Origin: an uncultured bacterium
Lineage (GTDB): Bacteria > Patescibacteriota > Minisyncoccia > UBA6257 > GWB1-50-10
Direction of reading: 5' to 3'
NCBI GenBank assembly: GCA_963722655.1
Contig: CAVRNT010000001.1
Span: 98,612-162,611 of the forward strand
Length of the DNA stretch: 64,000 nt
Shown: positions 36,948-46,540 of the stretch, piece after piece
Numbering within the stretch: position 1 is the stretch's first letter
Layout of the letters: every line of letters begins with the position of its first letter
Program-made: the position numbers and the translations under genes
Notes under the pieces: generated by a model
The model's database searches: none
The model's input: only the letters and a program-made list of their open reading frames with translations
What the model was told of the DNA's origin: nothing

Positions 36948-37355
36948 TCACTGCGTCGTGCTCGTCGCCTCCAATTGGAGTGTATTCGTCCTTTGTATCT
37001 GGTTTTGGAAATCCTGCCAAGCCCCGCCAATCACGTTCCCAATGTTTTGGAAGCCGCTCCCGAGGTCCTGCCAGACGATACCGAAACCCCGACCCAGCGT
37101 TCCGAAGAAAGAGCCAGTCTTGGTCTCGCCCGAGGCGCCAGGGAAAGACGTCGTCGCGCTCGAGGTGGCGGTCGCCACCTCCGGCGCCGCTTGCGGTAGG
37201 GTCATATTGAGGTAAACCAGCCAGAGGAAGACGACGACGATCATTAATACGGCGGAGACGCCGTACAGATACCGCCTTTTGGTCTTGTCGTCGGCGCGCT
37301 GGAGGCGCTTTATGAAATCGCGGGTCTTAGTGGCCGTTTCTTTGATGTTCGGCAT
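36948..37355 (-). CDS. Small membrane-anchored hypothetical protein
   Basis: About 135 aa from the internal Met (MPNIKETATKTRDF...) with one TM; the ORF-track start at 37439 would overlap the upstream gene by 80 nt. Confidence 0.3.
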   Translation of the reverse strand: MPNIKETATKTRDFIKRLQRADDKTKRRYLYGVSAVLMIVVVFLWLVYLNMTLPQAAPEVATATSSATTSFPGASGETKTGSFFGTLGRGFGIVWQDLGSGFQNIGNVIGGAWQDFQNQIQRTNTLQLEATSTTQ

Positions 37356-37357
37356 CG

Positions 37358-37927
37358 TTAGACGGAAAGGCACTTGATCGCCATCGCCTTTGGCACCAAG
37401 TCCTTCTTCTTGAAGACCAATTTCTCCTCCGGGGAGCACTTTTCCTGCCCCATCTCTTTGAGGAGGTTCTTTGGATTCTCCGGGAAGGAGATGAGGACGA
37501 TGCTCGGTTCGAGCTGGCGGATGAGCTTCGCGGCCGCGGCCGCCTCCATGAAGGACTTGCCGCCCGCGGGAATGATGAGGACGTCGCAGTCCGTCAAAAA
37601 TTCTTGGACCTTCGGTTCAGGCTCCTTCGTAATCTGCCCCAAGACGGCGAAAGAGATTTCGTCCATCTCCATCCGGTAGACGGTCCGCTCGACGCCCTTA
37701 TCGTTTCCGGCGCTCCAGCCCGTCACGTGGATGCCCTGCACTTCGTATTCCCCTTGGTGCGAGATGACGGCCGGACCCTCGTCCGATACCTCGACCGGCG
37801 CCGGCATTATTGTGTTCAAGACTAAGGCCGCTCCGCGGAGGGAGCGCTGATTTTCCGGGTCGAGGAGGACGGCGAGCCCCCCCGACGATATCTTGAAGTA
37901 GTCGTTGCCGAGAAAATTAATGACCAT
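37358..37927 (-). CDS. Hypothetical protein, possibly degenerate MBL-fold hydrolase-like
   Basis: 189 aa; N-terminal MVINFLGNDYFKI resembles UPF0173/MBL starts but no HxHxDH motif is seen. Confidence 0.3.
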   Translation of the reverse strand: MVINFLGNDYFKISSGGLAVLLDPENQRSLRGAALVLNTIMPAPVEVSDEGPAVISHQGEYEVQGIHVTGWSAGNDKGVERTVYRMEMDEISFAVLGQITKEPEPKVQEFLTDCDVLIIPAGGKSFMEAAAAAKLIRQLEPSIVLISFPENPKNLLKEMGQEKCSPEEKLVFKKKDLVPKAMAIKCLSV

Positions 37928-37956
37928 TAAGCTCTCTTATTTTACCTTAAAATGAC

Positions 37957-39087
37957 TTGCTTTTCAATGCGGCCTCGTGTAGATTATTTACACTAATGAA
38001 CGTCATCAAGGACAGTCCATCCACGGAACCGGTGCCGGTCTGGAAAAGCAATCCGGCCATTTTGCCGACGCTCCGCCAAGGCGACCTCGTCGAGGGCGTC
38101 GTTTTGGAAAAGGGTTCCAAAGAGATCGTCATCGACCTCGGCCGCTACGGCACGGGCGTCGTCTACCGTGGAGAATTGCAGAACGCCCGCGAGATTGCGC
38201 GGGACCTCGAGGTCGGGAGCCCCGTCCACGCCAAGGTGGTGGAGGTGGACAACGATGACGGCCTCGTGGAACTATCGCTCTCTGAAGCGGACAAGCAGCG
38301 CGCTTGGGCGGCCGTCGCCGAGCTCAAGGAAAAGGACGAACCCCTCAAGGTGAAACCGACCGGCTTCAACAAAGGGGGGCTCATGATGGACATCGAGGGA
38401 TTGCACGCCTTCCTTCCCATCTCCCAGCTCTCCGCCGAGCACTACCCCCGCTCGGAATCGGCCGAACCAGGCCGGGCTGCCCAGATTCTCCAAACCCTCG
38501 TCGGGACCGAGATCGAAGCGAAGATCATCGACGTTAATCCGCGGACGGGTAAGCTCATCGTCTCCGAGCGCGCCGCGAAGGAAATCAGCGCCAAAGAACT
38601 GGCCAAGAACTACGCCGTCGGCCAGGAGATCGAGGGCGTCGTCTCGGGCGTCGCCGATTTCGGCGCTTTCATCCGCTTTACCGACAATCCGGCCGTCGAA
38701 GGTTTCATTCACGTTTCGGAGATCGACCACCGCGTCTTGGAGCATCCGAAGGAGATCGTCAAAGTGGACGACGTCGTGAAGGCCAAGATCGTGGACATCA
38801 AGGACGGTCGTATCTCCCTTTCGCTCAAGGCCTTGAAGGAAGACCCGTGGCTCACAGCCGCCGAGCATTATAAGGAGGGCGAGACCGTGCGCGGCATTGC
38901 TTATTCCTTCACGCCTTTCGGCGCGCTCATCAATTTGGACCACGGCCTCCAGGGGCAGCTCCCGGTCACCGATTTTGGCGGCGTGGCCGAGATGAAAAAG
39001 GCACTCGTCGCGGGCGACACCTACCCATTCACCGTCTTGAGCGTGAAGCCCGAAGACCACCGGATCATCTTGAAGTTCCAGAAATAG
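37957..39087 (+). CDS. rpsA: 30S ribosomal protein S1 (multi-S1-domain)
   Basis: 376 aa with four S1-like repeats (GDLVEGVV..., GSPVHAKVVEVD..., EIEGVVSGVADFGAFIRF..., GETVRGIAYSFTPFGALINL). Confidence 0.7.
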   Translation: MLFNAASCRLFTLMNVIKDSPSTEPVPVWKSNPAILPTLRQGDLVEGVVLEKGSKEIVIDLGRYGTGVVYRGELQNAREIARDLEVGSPVHAKVVEVDNDDGLVELSLSEADKQRAWAAVAELKEKDEPLKVKPTGFNKGGLMMDIEGLHAFLPISQLSAEHYPRSESAEPGRAAQILQTLVGTEIEAKIIDVNPRTGKLIVSERAAKEISAKELAKNYAVGQEIEGVVSGVADFGAFIRFTDNPAVEGFIHVSEIDHRVLEHPKEIVKVDDVVKAKIVDIKDGRISLSLKALKEDPWLTAAEHYKEGETVRGIAYSFTPFGALINLDHGLQGQLPVTDFGGVAEMKKALVAGDTYPFTVLSVKPEDHRIILKFQK

Positions 39088-39150
39088 ATAAAAATCACTC
39101 TAGGTCAGCGGTTTTGCTCCCGCCGACTTTTTGCATATAATTAACTCGCT

Positions 39151-40995
39151 ATGAAGAATATCGGAAAAAACCTCTTGGGCGCCTTCACGCTTCTCCTCGT
39201 CATCGTCTTCATCTTTTCGCTCTTCGTGAACTTCGGCGGTCCCTCGCCGAAGAACTTGGACATTTCGCAGGTCGCGGCCGATGTCACTGCCGGCACGGTC
39301 AAAAGCATCACGGTGAACGGCAACGATCTCGCGATTACCCTCATGGACGGCTCGCAGGCCGTCTCGCAGAAAGAGACCGAGGCGAGCTTGAGCGACACCT
39401 TGAAGAACTATGGCGTGACCCCCGGAGCCCTTTCCAAGGTGGATGTAAGCGTCCAAGCCCAGAGCGGCTTCGATTATTGGCTGGGCCTGCTCCTCACGCC
39501 CGTCCTCACCATCGTCGCGATGCTCGTTCTTTTCTGGTGGATCTTCCGCCAAGCGCGGACGGGCGCGAACCAGGCGATGAACTTCGGCAAGATCAACATC
39601 CGCCTCTTTTCGGCGAATCGCGATAAGGTGACGTTCAAAGACGTCGCCGGACTCAAGGAATCCAAGGAGGAGTTGGAAGAAGTGGTTGATTTCCTCCGCC
39701 ACGCCAAAAAGTTCTTGGACATCGGTGCCCGCATCCCGCGGGGCGTGCTCCTAATGGGTCCGCCCGGGACGGGTAAGACGCTCCTTGCGCGCGCCGTCGC
39801 GGGCGAAAGCGGCGTGCCCTTCTTCCATCTCTCAGCCTCGGAGTTCGTCGAGATGTTCGTGGGCGTGGGCGCCTCGCGCGTCCGCGATCTCTTCGCCACG
39901 GCCAAGAAAGCCGCCCCGTCCATCATCTTCATCGATGAGATCGACGCCGTCGGCCGCGAACGCGGGGCGGGCTTGGGTGGCGGCCACGACGAGCGCGAGC
40001 AGACGCTGAACCAGATTCTCGTCGAGATGGACGGCTTCGAGCGCGATTCGAACGTCATCGTGATGGCGGCGACGAACCGGCCCGACATCCTGGATCCGGC
40101 GCTTCTCCGTCCCGGCCGCTTCGACCGGCGCGTAATTCTGGACATTCCCGACATGAAGGACCGCGAGGACATTTTGAAGATCCACTCCAAAGGAAAGCCC
40201 TTTGACAAGAATGTCGACCTCAAAACCGTCGCCGTTCGGACGCCCGGGTTCTCCGGCGCCGATCTCGCGAACCTGATGAACGAAGCGGCCATCTTCACGG
40301 CCCGCAACGATCGGAAGACCATCACCCAGGAGGACATTTTGGATTCCATCGAAAAGGTGATGCTCGGCCCGGCGCGGAAGAGCCGCGTCATATCGACTAA
40401 AGAGAAAGAGATCACCGCCTACCACGAGGCCGGTCACGCCTTGGTCGCCGTCTCTTTGAAGGACGCCGACCCGATACATAAAGTATCCATCATTAGCCGC
40501 GGCATGGCGGGCGGTTACACCTTGAAGTTGCCGATCGAAGAACGGCACCTCAAGACCCGGGCGGAATTCCTGGCCGATCTCGCCGTCTCCTTCGGCGGCT
40601 ACGTCGCGGAGTCGCTGGTCTTCAAGGACGTTTCGACCGGCTCCTCGAGCGACATCAAGGAGGCGACCGATCTCGCGCGGCAGATGGTCACGCGGTATGG
40701 CATGAGCGAAAAGCTTGGCACGCGTACCTTCGGAGCGACGCAAGAGATGATCTTCCTCGGCCGCGAGCTCACGGCGGAGAAGGACTATTCGGAGAGCATC
40801 GGCACGGAGATCGATGCCGAGATTAACAAGCTCATCAAGAAGACCTACGACTTCGCGAAGAAGGCGATCTCCTCGCGCCGCGACGCCCTGGACAAGATCG
40901 CGAAGGCGCTCATCGAGAAAGAGACCCTGGAAAAGGACGAGTTCTACGCCCTGCTCAAGAACCTCCGCTTGAAGCCGGCCGCCATCACGGCCTAA
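39151..40995 (+). CDS. ftsH: ATP-dependent zinc metalloprotease FtsH
   Basis: 614 aa with Walker [12 protein letters not shown] and HEAGH zinc motif. Confidence 0.9.
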   Translation: MKNIGKNLLGAFTLLLVIVFIFSLFVNFGGPSPKNLDISQVAADVTAGTVKSITVNGNDLAITLMDGSQAVSQKETEASLSDTLKNYGVTPGALSKVDVSVQAQSGFDYWLGLLLTPVLTIVAMLVLFWWIFRQARTGANQAMNFGKINIRLFSANRDKVTFKDVAGLKESKEELEEVVDFLRHAKKFLDIGARIPRGVLLMGPPGTGKTLLARAVAGESGVPFFHLSASEFVEMFVGVGASRVRDLFATAKKAAPSIIFIDEIDAVGRERGAGLGGGHDEREQTLNQILVEMDGFERDSNVIVMAATNRPDILDPALLRPGRFDRRVILDIPDMKDREDILKIHSKGKPFDKNVDLKTVAVRTPGFSGADLANLMNEAAIFTARNDRKTITQEDILDSIEKVMLGPARKSRVISTKEKEITAYHEAGHALVAVSLKDADPIHKVSIISRGMAGGYTLKLPIEERHLKTRAEFLADLAVSFGGYVAESLVFKDVSTGSSSDIKEATDLARQMVTRYGMSEKLGTRTFGATQEMIFLGRELTAEKDYSESIGTEIDAEINKLIKKTYDFAKKAISSRRDALDKIAKALIEKETLEKDEFYALLKNLRLKPAAITA

Positions 40996-41038
40996 ATTTG
41001 ACGCCGCCGTTCTTTTGGCGGAAACTTTGGAAAGATAC

Positions 41039-41114
41039 GGGCCAGTAGCATAGCGGCTAATGCAACGAGCTTATACCTCGTAGACCGAGGGTTCGAGTCC
41101 TTCCTGGCCCACCA
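41039..41114 (+). tRNA. tRNA-Ile (anticodon UAU) with encoded CCA
   Basis: Hand-folded: acceptor GGGCCAG/CTGGCCC, D-stem GCAT/ATGC, anticodon stem ACGAG/CTCGT with loop CTTATAC, T-loop TTCGAGT, discriminator A, CCA. Confidence 0.55.
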
Positions 41115-41116
41115 GA

Positions 41117-41188
41117 GGGCGATTAGCTTAGTGGTAGAGCGTCTCGTTTACACCGAGAAGGTCGGGGGTTCGATCCCCTCATCGCCCA
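41117..41188 (+). tRNA. tRNA-Val (anticodon UAC)
   Basis: Hand-folded: acceptor GGGCGAT/ATCGCCC, anticodon loop TTTACAC, T-loop TTCGATC; starts 2 nt after the preceding tRNA; CCA not encoded. Confidence 0.7.
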
Positions 41189-41237
41189 CAAAAAGTTCGT
41201 TTGACACGCCCGCCCGCCGGGCGTAGTTTCTATATGT

Positions 41238-41738
41238 ATGACCGACGTTTTCAACACCTCATACGGCTTGAAGATCGAGCTCCAAGAGATCGTCCAGGAG
41301 ATAATCTCCTTCATGCGGGCCAAGCCGAATTCGGAGTACAAGGTGATCATCGGGAGCGACTCGGAGCTTTTGGAGGACAAATCCGCCGACTTCGTGACGG
41401 CGATCGTCGTTCACCGTAGAGGGAACGGCGGCCGCTATTTCTGGCGCCGGATGAAACTCGGTAAATTCTACAACCTCCACGACCGCATTGTGCGGGAGGT
41501 GATGCTCTCTTTGGACGCCGCAAAGATTTTCTTCACGGCCTTGAAGACCGAGACGGCAAAGCAAGACCCGGAAAATTCTCTCCATTGGAGCTTCGAGATC
41601 CACATCGACGCGGGCGAGAACGGTCCGACGAAGACCCTCATCCAAGAGGTCGTCGGCATGGTCCGGGCCTCGAACTTCGAGGCAAAAACGAAGCCCGAAA
41701 GCTACGCGGCCAGCAACGTGGCGGATCGCTACGTTTAG
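41238..41738 (+). CDS. DUF458/YkuK-like RNase H-fold protein
   Basis: 166 aa; IIGSDSE...IHIDAGENGPTKTLIQEVVGMV...KPESYAASNVADRY matches the conserved DUF458 pattern from memory. Confidence 0.45.
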   Translation: MTDVFNTSYGLKIELQEIVQEIISFMRAKPNSEYKVIIGSDSELLEDKSADFVTAIVVHRRGNGGRYFWRRMKLGKFYNLHDRIVREVMLSLDAAKIFFTALKTETAKQDPENSLHWSFEIHIDAGENGPTKTLIQEVVGMVRASNFEAKTKPESYAASNVADRYV

Positions 41739-41792
41739 GAAGCCCGACTTTCAAATTTTTTCGTCGGTGTTACAATACACCTCACCTATTTA

Positions 41793-42358
41793 TGGACAAA
41801 TTGGTAATAGATATTGAAACCAAGAACTCCTTTGAAGACGTGGGCGGCCGCGAAGGCCTGAAGAAGCTGGATGTCTCCGTCGTCGGCGTTTATTCGTACG
41901 AAAAGGACGAATACATTGCCTTCGACGAGCACGAGCTCGCCGCCTTGGGCGAGCTCCTCCAAAAGTCGCATCTCATCGTGACCTTCGCCGGAGTGCGATT
42001 CGACATTCCCGTCCTCGAGAAATATTTCCCCTGGAACATCAATGCCATCAAGCACTACGACATTTTGGAGGACGTGGAAAAGCGCCTCGGCCGGCGTATC
42101 GGATTAGGCATCCTCGCCGAGGCGAACTTGGGCGTCGGCAAGACCGGCCACGGGATGGACGCGATCGAGTTCTACCGGAACGGTGAGATGGAGAAGCTAA
42201 AAAGCTATTGCCTGAACGACGTGAAGATCACGAAGGACCTTTACGAGATGATAAAAAAACAGGGCTATCTTTGGATACCGGAGCGCAACACTTCACAAAT
42301 GACCAAACTGGTGCTACCGTATACGGAAGAAGAACCGCCTCAAAACCAATTATTTTAA
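41793..42358 (+). CDS. DEDD-type 3'-5' exonuclease domain protein
   Basis: About 188 aa from MDKLVIDIETKNSFEDVGG (Exo I motif DxE), ...YCLNDVKITKDLY (Exo III YxxxD-like). The longer ORF-track start is unlikely. Confidence 0.55.
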
Positions 42359-42360
42359 AT

Positions 42361-42696
42361 ATGTTCAATCTCGGTAAAAACAAATATTTTGTCGCTGGAT
42401 TCGCCATATTGATGGCGGTGGGACTCATGGCTGCCTACATTCCGATGCTCTTTCCGCAGGTCCCGGCCGGGAATACCGGCGTCGTCTCGGGCGACATTTT
42501 GGGCAACGTCTCCGGCGACATCTCCGGCACGGCCCAGCTTAACCAGAACGCCTTAAGCGGCACCGACGTCCAGACGGCGACCTCAACGCCGACCTCGACT
42601 GATAAATCGGCCAGCTTGCCGTCGAGCTTATCCGGTCTTCAGGACGAACAGAACTCTCTGAACGACATCAACAATCTCCTGAACCAGAGCCAATAG
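42361..42696 (+). CDS. Small membrane-anchored Ser/Thr-rich hypothetical protein
   Basis: 111 aa from MFNLGKNKYFVAGFAILMAVGLMAAYI with one TM and a low-complexity tail. Confidence 0.35.
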   Translation: MFNLGKNKYFVAGFAILMAVGLMAAYIPMLFPQVPAGNTGVVSGDILGNVSGDISGTAQLNQNALSGTDVQTATSTPTSTDKSASLPSSLSGLQDEQNSLNDINNLLNQSQ

Positions 42697-42792
42697 ATCG
42701 GATTTGGAGAAAAACCGTCCTGAGCTTGCCGAAGGATGTTTTTTTGTTTTCTGGAAATTAAATTGCTTCTAGCTTACATTTAAGATAATCAA

Positions 42793-43950
42793 ATGAAGGA
42801 TAAAGAGATTCAAAAATTGATTGGAGCCGAAGAAAAACGCCAGAAAAGGACGGTCAATCTGATCGCCTCGGAGAACTTCGTCTCCGGAGACGTTTTGGAA
42901 GCGCTCGGTTCGGTTTTCACCAACAAATACGCGGAAGGTTATCCCGGCGCGCGGTATTACGGAGGCAACAAATTCGTTGACGGGCTCGAAAAGCTCGCGC
43001 AAAACCGCGCCTTAAAACTGTATAAATTGAGCCCCAAAACCTGGTCCGTTAACGTCCAGCCCTACTCCGGTTCCCCGGCCAACCTCGCGATTCTTTACGC
43101 CCTTGTACCTGTCGGAGAAAAGATAATGGGAATGGACCTTAATATGGGTGGCCACCTGACGCACGGATACAAGGCGAGCATCACTGGAAAATTATGGAAG
43201 CAGGTGCCTTATGGTGTGGATAAAAAAACCAAAAGGATCGACTATAATGAACTTTCAAGGATTGCCAGAAAAGAGAAGCCGAAGCTCATCATTGCCGGTG
43301 GGAGCGCCTATTCGCGGGCTATTGATTTCAAAAAATTCAGAAAAATAGCCGACGCGGCCGGAGCCATTTTACTCGTGGATATGTCCCACTTTGCCGGTCT
43401 CGTCGCTGGCGGCGTTTATTCTTCACCCTTTCCGTACGCTGACGTCGTGATGACGACAACGCACAAAACGCTTCGCGGTCCGCGCGCGGCGCTCGTCTTT
43501 TCAAAAAAGGAATATTCTCCGGCGATAGACAAAACGGTCTTCCCCGGCCTTCAGGGCGGACCGCACGCGAACGCGATTGCGGCCGTCGCCGTAGCGCTAA
43601 AAGAAGCTAGTGAACCGAGTTTCAAAAGATACGCGCGGCAGGTAATCAAAAACGCCCAAGCTCTCGCGGCGGGACTCCAAAAGCGCGGCTGGCGTATCGT
43701 CTCCGGCGGCACGGACACACACCTATTTTTGGTTGATACGATGAGCCGCGGTATGAGCGGTAAGACGGCGAGCGAGAAACTGGAGAAGGCCGGGATTATC
43801 GTGAACAAAAATATGCTCCCCTACGATACGCGCAAGCCGTCCGATCCCTCCGGCATCCGTCTCGGCACCGCGGCTATGACGACGAGAGGAATGAAGGAAA
43901 AGGATATGAAGAAGCTAGCAGAAAAGATAGATAAGGTCTTGGGAAAATGA
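42793..43950 (+). CDS. glyA: Serine hydroxymethyltransferase
   Basis: 385 aa; PLP-site region TTTHKTLRGPR and N-terminal LIASENFVS. Confidence 0.85.
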   Translation: MKDKEIQKLIGAEEKRQKRTVNLIASENFVSGDVLEALGSVFTNKYAEGYPGARYYGGNKFVDGLEKLAQNRALKLYKLSPKTWSVNVQPYSGSPANLAILYALVPVGEKIMGMDLNMGGHLTHGYKASITGKLWKQVPYGVDKKTKRIDYNELSRIARKEKPKLIIAGGSAYSRAIDFKKFRKIADAAGAILLVDMSHFAGLVAGGVYSSPFPYADVVMTTTHKTLRGPRAALVFSKKEYSPAIDKTVFPGLQGGPHANAIAAVAVALKEASEPSFKRYARQVIKNAQALAAGLQKRGWRIVSGGTDTHLFLVDTMSRGMSGKTASEKLEKAGIIVNKNMLPYDTRKPSDPSGIRLGTAAMTTRGMKEKDMKKLAEKIDKVLGK

Positions 43951-44774
43951 TTATAGATGGTAAACAAATAGCGGCGGAGATAATCGCCGAGCTTAAGAAA
44001 AAGCCGAAGCCGAAAAAATTCTTCGCGGCTTTTCTGGTCGGCAACGATTTTGCCTCGGCGAGTTTCCTGAACCAAAAGAAAAAGATCGCAGAAGAATTGG
44101 GTATTGATTTCCGTTTGTATAAGTTTCCGGAGGCGGTCTCACAAGACGAACTGCGGAAGGAGGTTTTGAAGACCGCCGAACACAAAAATTGCGGTGGCGT
44201 TATCGTCCAATTACCACTCCCCGCTTCGATAAGCGCCCAGTATGTTTTGAACGTCATTCCGCGCGATAAGGACGTGGACGTGCTCGGTGAAAGAGCGCTC
44301 GGTGCCTTCTATGCCGGCCGAAATTCGGTTTTGCCTCCAGCCGTTGGAGTTGTAGAAATCGTTCTACAAACTACTCACCACTCACTACAAACTAGTGCCG
44401 TAGCCGTGCTCGGTGCCGGGGCTTTAGTCGGCAAGCCGATAGCGGCCTGGCTCACGGGTAAGTGCAAAGAGGTTTTTATTTTGGACAAAGGCAACGATTT
44501 AAGTACTTTGAAGAACGCCGATGTAGTCATCTGCGGCGCAGGCGTTTCCGGTCTTGTGAAGCCGGAGATGCTCAAGGAAAACGCGCTCGTCATAGATTTC
44601 GGCTACAGACTAAAGGATGGCAAACCCTCCGGAGATTTTGATTCGTCAGGTTTACTCACTACTCACTACTCACTACAAACTATTTCGTATACTCCCACTC
44701 CCGGTGGCACCGGGCCGATTCTCGTCGCGAAACTATTCGAGAACTTTTTTACTCTTCTTCGGCCGAAGGATTAG
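43947..44774 (+). CDS. folD: Bifunctional methylenetetrahydrofolate dehydrogenase/cyclohydrolase
   Basis: 275 aa with MIIDGKQIA..., VGKPIA and TPTPGGTGP motifs. Two heptamer-repeat blocks are embedded in frame. Confidence 0.85.
   Translation: MIIDGKQIAAEIIAELKKKPKPKKFFAAFLVGNDFASASFLNQKKKIAEELGIDFRLYKFPEAVSQDELRKEVLKTAEHKNCGGVIVQLPLPASISAQYVLNVIPRDKDVDVLGERALGAFYAGRNSVLPPAVGVVEIVLQTTHHSLQTSAVAVLGAGALVGKPIAAWLTGKCKEVFILDKGNDLSTLKNADVVICGAGVSGLVKPEMLKENALVIDFGYRLKDGKPSGDFDSSGLLTTHYSLQTISYTPTPGGTGPILVAKLFENFFTLLRPKD
44365..44393. repeat. (ACTCACT)-type repeat variant CTACAAACTACTCACCACTCACTACAAACT in frame in folD
   Basis: Read directly; CTACAAACT is duplicated at both ends; encodes [10 protein letters not shown]. 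Confidence 0.7.
44652..44681. repeat. 30-nt TTACTCACTACTCACTACTCACTACAAACT, in frame in folD
   Basis: Identical to the reverse complement of 21118-21147 in rsmA; encodes [10 protein letters not shown]. Confidence 0.8.
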
Positions 44775-45804
44775 TGCTTGGGCTAGAGATGACGGTCTTC
44801 TTCTCCGAGGCCTCGATGGTGGCTTTTTTGATCGCCTCCAATAGTTTTTTATCCTCCTTGAGTTTCAATCGGACGTTGTCGAACCCAACTCCCAGTTTTT
44901 CCTCCCCAAAATAGAAGGTTGCGCCGTTCTTCTTCACCACCTCGTATTTGATGGCGGTGTTCAAGACGTCGGCTTCGTAGGAAATGCCCTCGCCGAACAT
45001 AATGTCGAACTCGGCGATCTTGAAGGGCGAGGCCACCTTGTTCTTCACGATCTTGGCCTTCACCCGATTGCCGATGGATTCATCCCCCTTCTTGATCTGG
45101 GCGATGCGGCGAATGTCGATGCGGACCGAGGCGTAGAACTTAAGGGCCATGCCGCCCGGCGTCGTTTCGGGGTTCCCGAACATTATGCCGATCTTCATCC
45201 TCGTCTGATTGATGAAGATGATGATGGTGCCGGATTTGTCGGCGATTGCCGTCAGTTTCCGCAGGGCTTGGGACATCAAACGCGCCTGGAGGCCCATATG
45301 CGACTGGCCCATCTCGCCCTCGATCTCCGCCTTGGGCGTGAGGGCCGCGACGGAATCCACGACGACGATGGCGATGGAATTGGAGCGCACCAAGCTTTCC
45401 AGGATGTTCAGCGCCTCTTCGCCGTTATCCGGCTGGGAGATGATGAGGTCCTTCACCTTGACCCCGATGCGGGCGGCGTACTCCGGGTCCAAGGCGTGCT
45501 CGGCATCGATGAAGGCCGCCTTGCCGCCGCGCTTTTGGGCCTCCGCCACGGCGTGGAGGGCGAGCGTCGTCTTACCGGAGCTTTCCGGCCCGAAGATCTC
45601 GATCACCCGGCCCTTAGGCAGCCCGCCCGTGCCGAGGGCGAGGTCCAGCGAAAATGAGCCGGAAGGGATGGTCTCAACCTTGCTGTGGCGCGCGTCGCCC
45701 AAGCGCATCACCGCCCCTTCGCCGAAGCGCGACTGGAGTGATTCGATGAGGGAATCGATGCTGCTCTCCCCGCTTTTAACCTCTTTTTTCTTTGAATTAG
45801 CCAT
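44749..45804 (-). CDS. recA: Recombinase RecA
   Basis: 351 aa; Walker [10 protein letters not shown], loops L1/L2 and [22 protein letters not shown]. Confidence 0.9.
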   Translation of the reverse strand: MANSKKKEVKSGESSIDSLIESLQSRFGEGAVMRLGDARHSKVETIPSGSFSLDLALGTGGLPKGRVIEIFGPESSGKTTLALHAVAEAQKRGGKAAFIDAEHALDPEYAARIGVKVKDLIISQPDNGEEALNILESLVRSNSIAIVVVDSVAALTPKAEIEGEMGQSHMGLQARLMSQALRKLTAIADKSGTIIIFINQTRMKIGIMFGNPETTPGGMALKFYASVRIDIRRIAQIKKGDESIGNRVKAKIVKNKVASPFKIAEFDIMFGEGISYEADVLNTAIKYEVVKKNGATFYFGEEKLGVGFDNVRLKLKEDKKLLEAIKKATIEASEKKTVISSPSTNPSAEEE

Positions 45805-46486
45805 TGGTAGTTGAAGTTCCGTTAGTGCTGGTCGGCGCGTTATAGAAAACCTGTTTGGTCTCGGTGAAAGTTTGGCCGACGAGCTTTTTGAGTTCGAACT
45901 TGAGCGTATTGAAACCGGGTTGGAGGACGAGATCGGCCTGGAAACGGCCGGACCTGTCTGGGTAAATCTCCTCGCCGTTCAGGATCAATTGATCCGCCGG
46001 ATTCATTGTACCTTGGACCGGGAGATTTGGCGACGCGACGGTCGCCGGGAGCGGACCCAAATTGAAGGACGGCGCGCCCAAAAATCCTGGCAGGCGCAGG
46101 ATGATGTAGCCGAAGACGATGATGATGAGGATTATGATCGCGACGACCTTCTTATTGACCTTCCCCGCCCGAAAGCGGTTCTGGGGCAACACGTCCGCCG
46201 GACCGGGGCGCTTGATGCCGCTCTTGTCCTTCAAGTATTCCGACCAAAGTTTCTGGCCGTCCAATCCGAGGACCTCGGCGATCTTCACTAAATAACCATG
46301 GATGTAGGGCGCGGCTGGAAGTTTTTCGTACTTCTCGTCCAAGAGAGCGGCGAGCATGCTCTCTTGGATGCCGGTCGCTTCCGAAAGGCGGGCCAGGTTC
46401 AGGCCCTTGAGCCGCAAGGCCTCGATTATCAAATTGGCCAGGTTATGCTGGGGTTCCTGAGGTTCCACACCGCCATTATACCCCAC
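45797..46486 (-). CDS. RodZ-like HTH (XRE-family) membrane protein
   Basis: 229 aa; N-terminal HTH ([27 protein letters not shown]), central TM ([17 protein letters not shown]), C-terminal DUF4115-like region. Confidence 0.5.
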   Translation of the reverse strand: MGYNGGVEPQEPQHNLANLIIEALRLKGLNLARLSEATGIQESMLAALLDEKYEKLPAAPYIHGYLVKIAEVLGLDGQKLWSEYLKDKSGIKRPGPADVLPQNRFRAGKVNKKVVAIIILIIIVFGYIILRLPGFLGAPSFNLGPLPATVASPNLPVQGTMNPADQLILNGEEIYPDRSGRFQADLVLQPGFNTLKFELKKLVGQTFTETKQVFYNAPTSTNGTSTTNG

Positions 46487-46540
46487 CTCCCGCCGATTTA
46501 TCCACCGGAATTATCGAGGTTCAACCTCGATAATTTTTGA

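Noticed and set aside
36948-37439. 163-aa ORF-track version overlapping the upstream MBL-like gene by 80 nt.
   Set aside because: The internal Met at 37355 removes the overlap and keeps the TM-containing core. The long version is probably start-codon over-extension.
42208-42360. Longer upstream start (MPERREDHEGPLRDDKKTG...) for the small membrane protein at 42361.
   Set aside because: That extension lies inside the 3' end of the exonuclease gene in another frame. The Met at 42361 directly precedes the TM segment.
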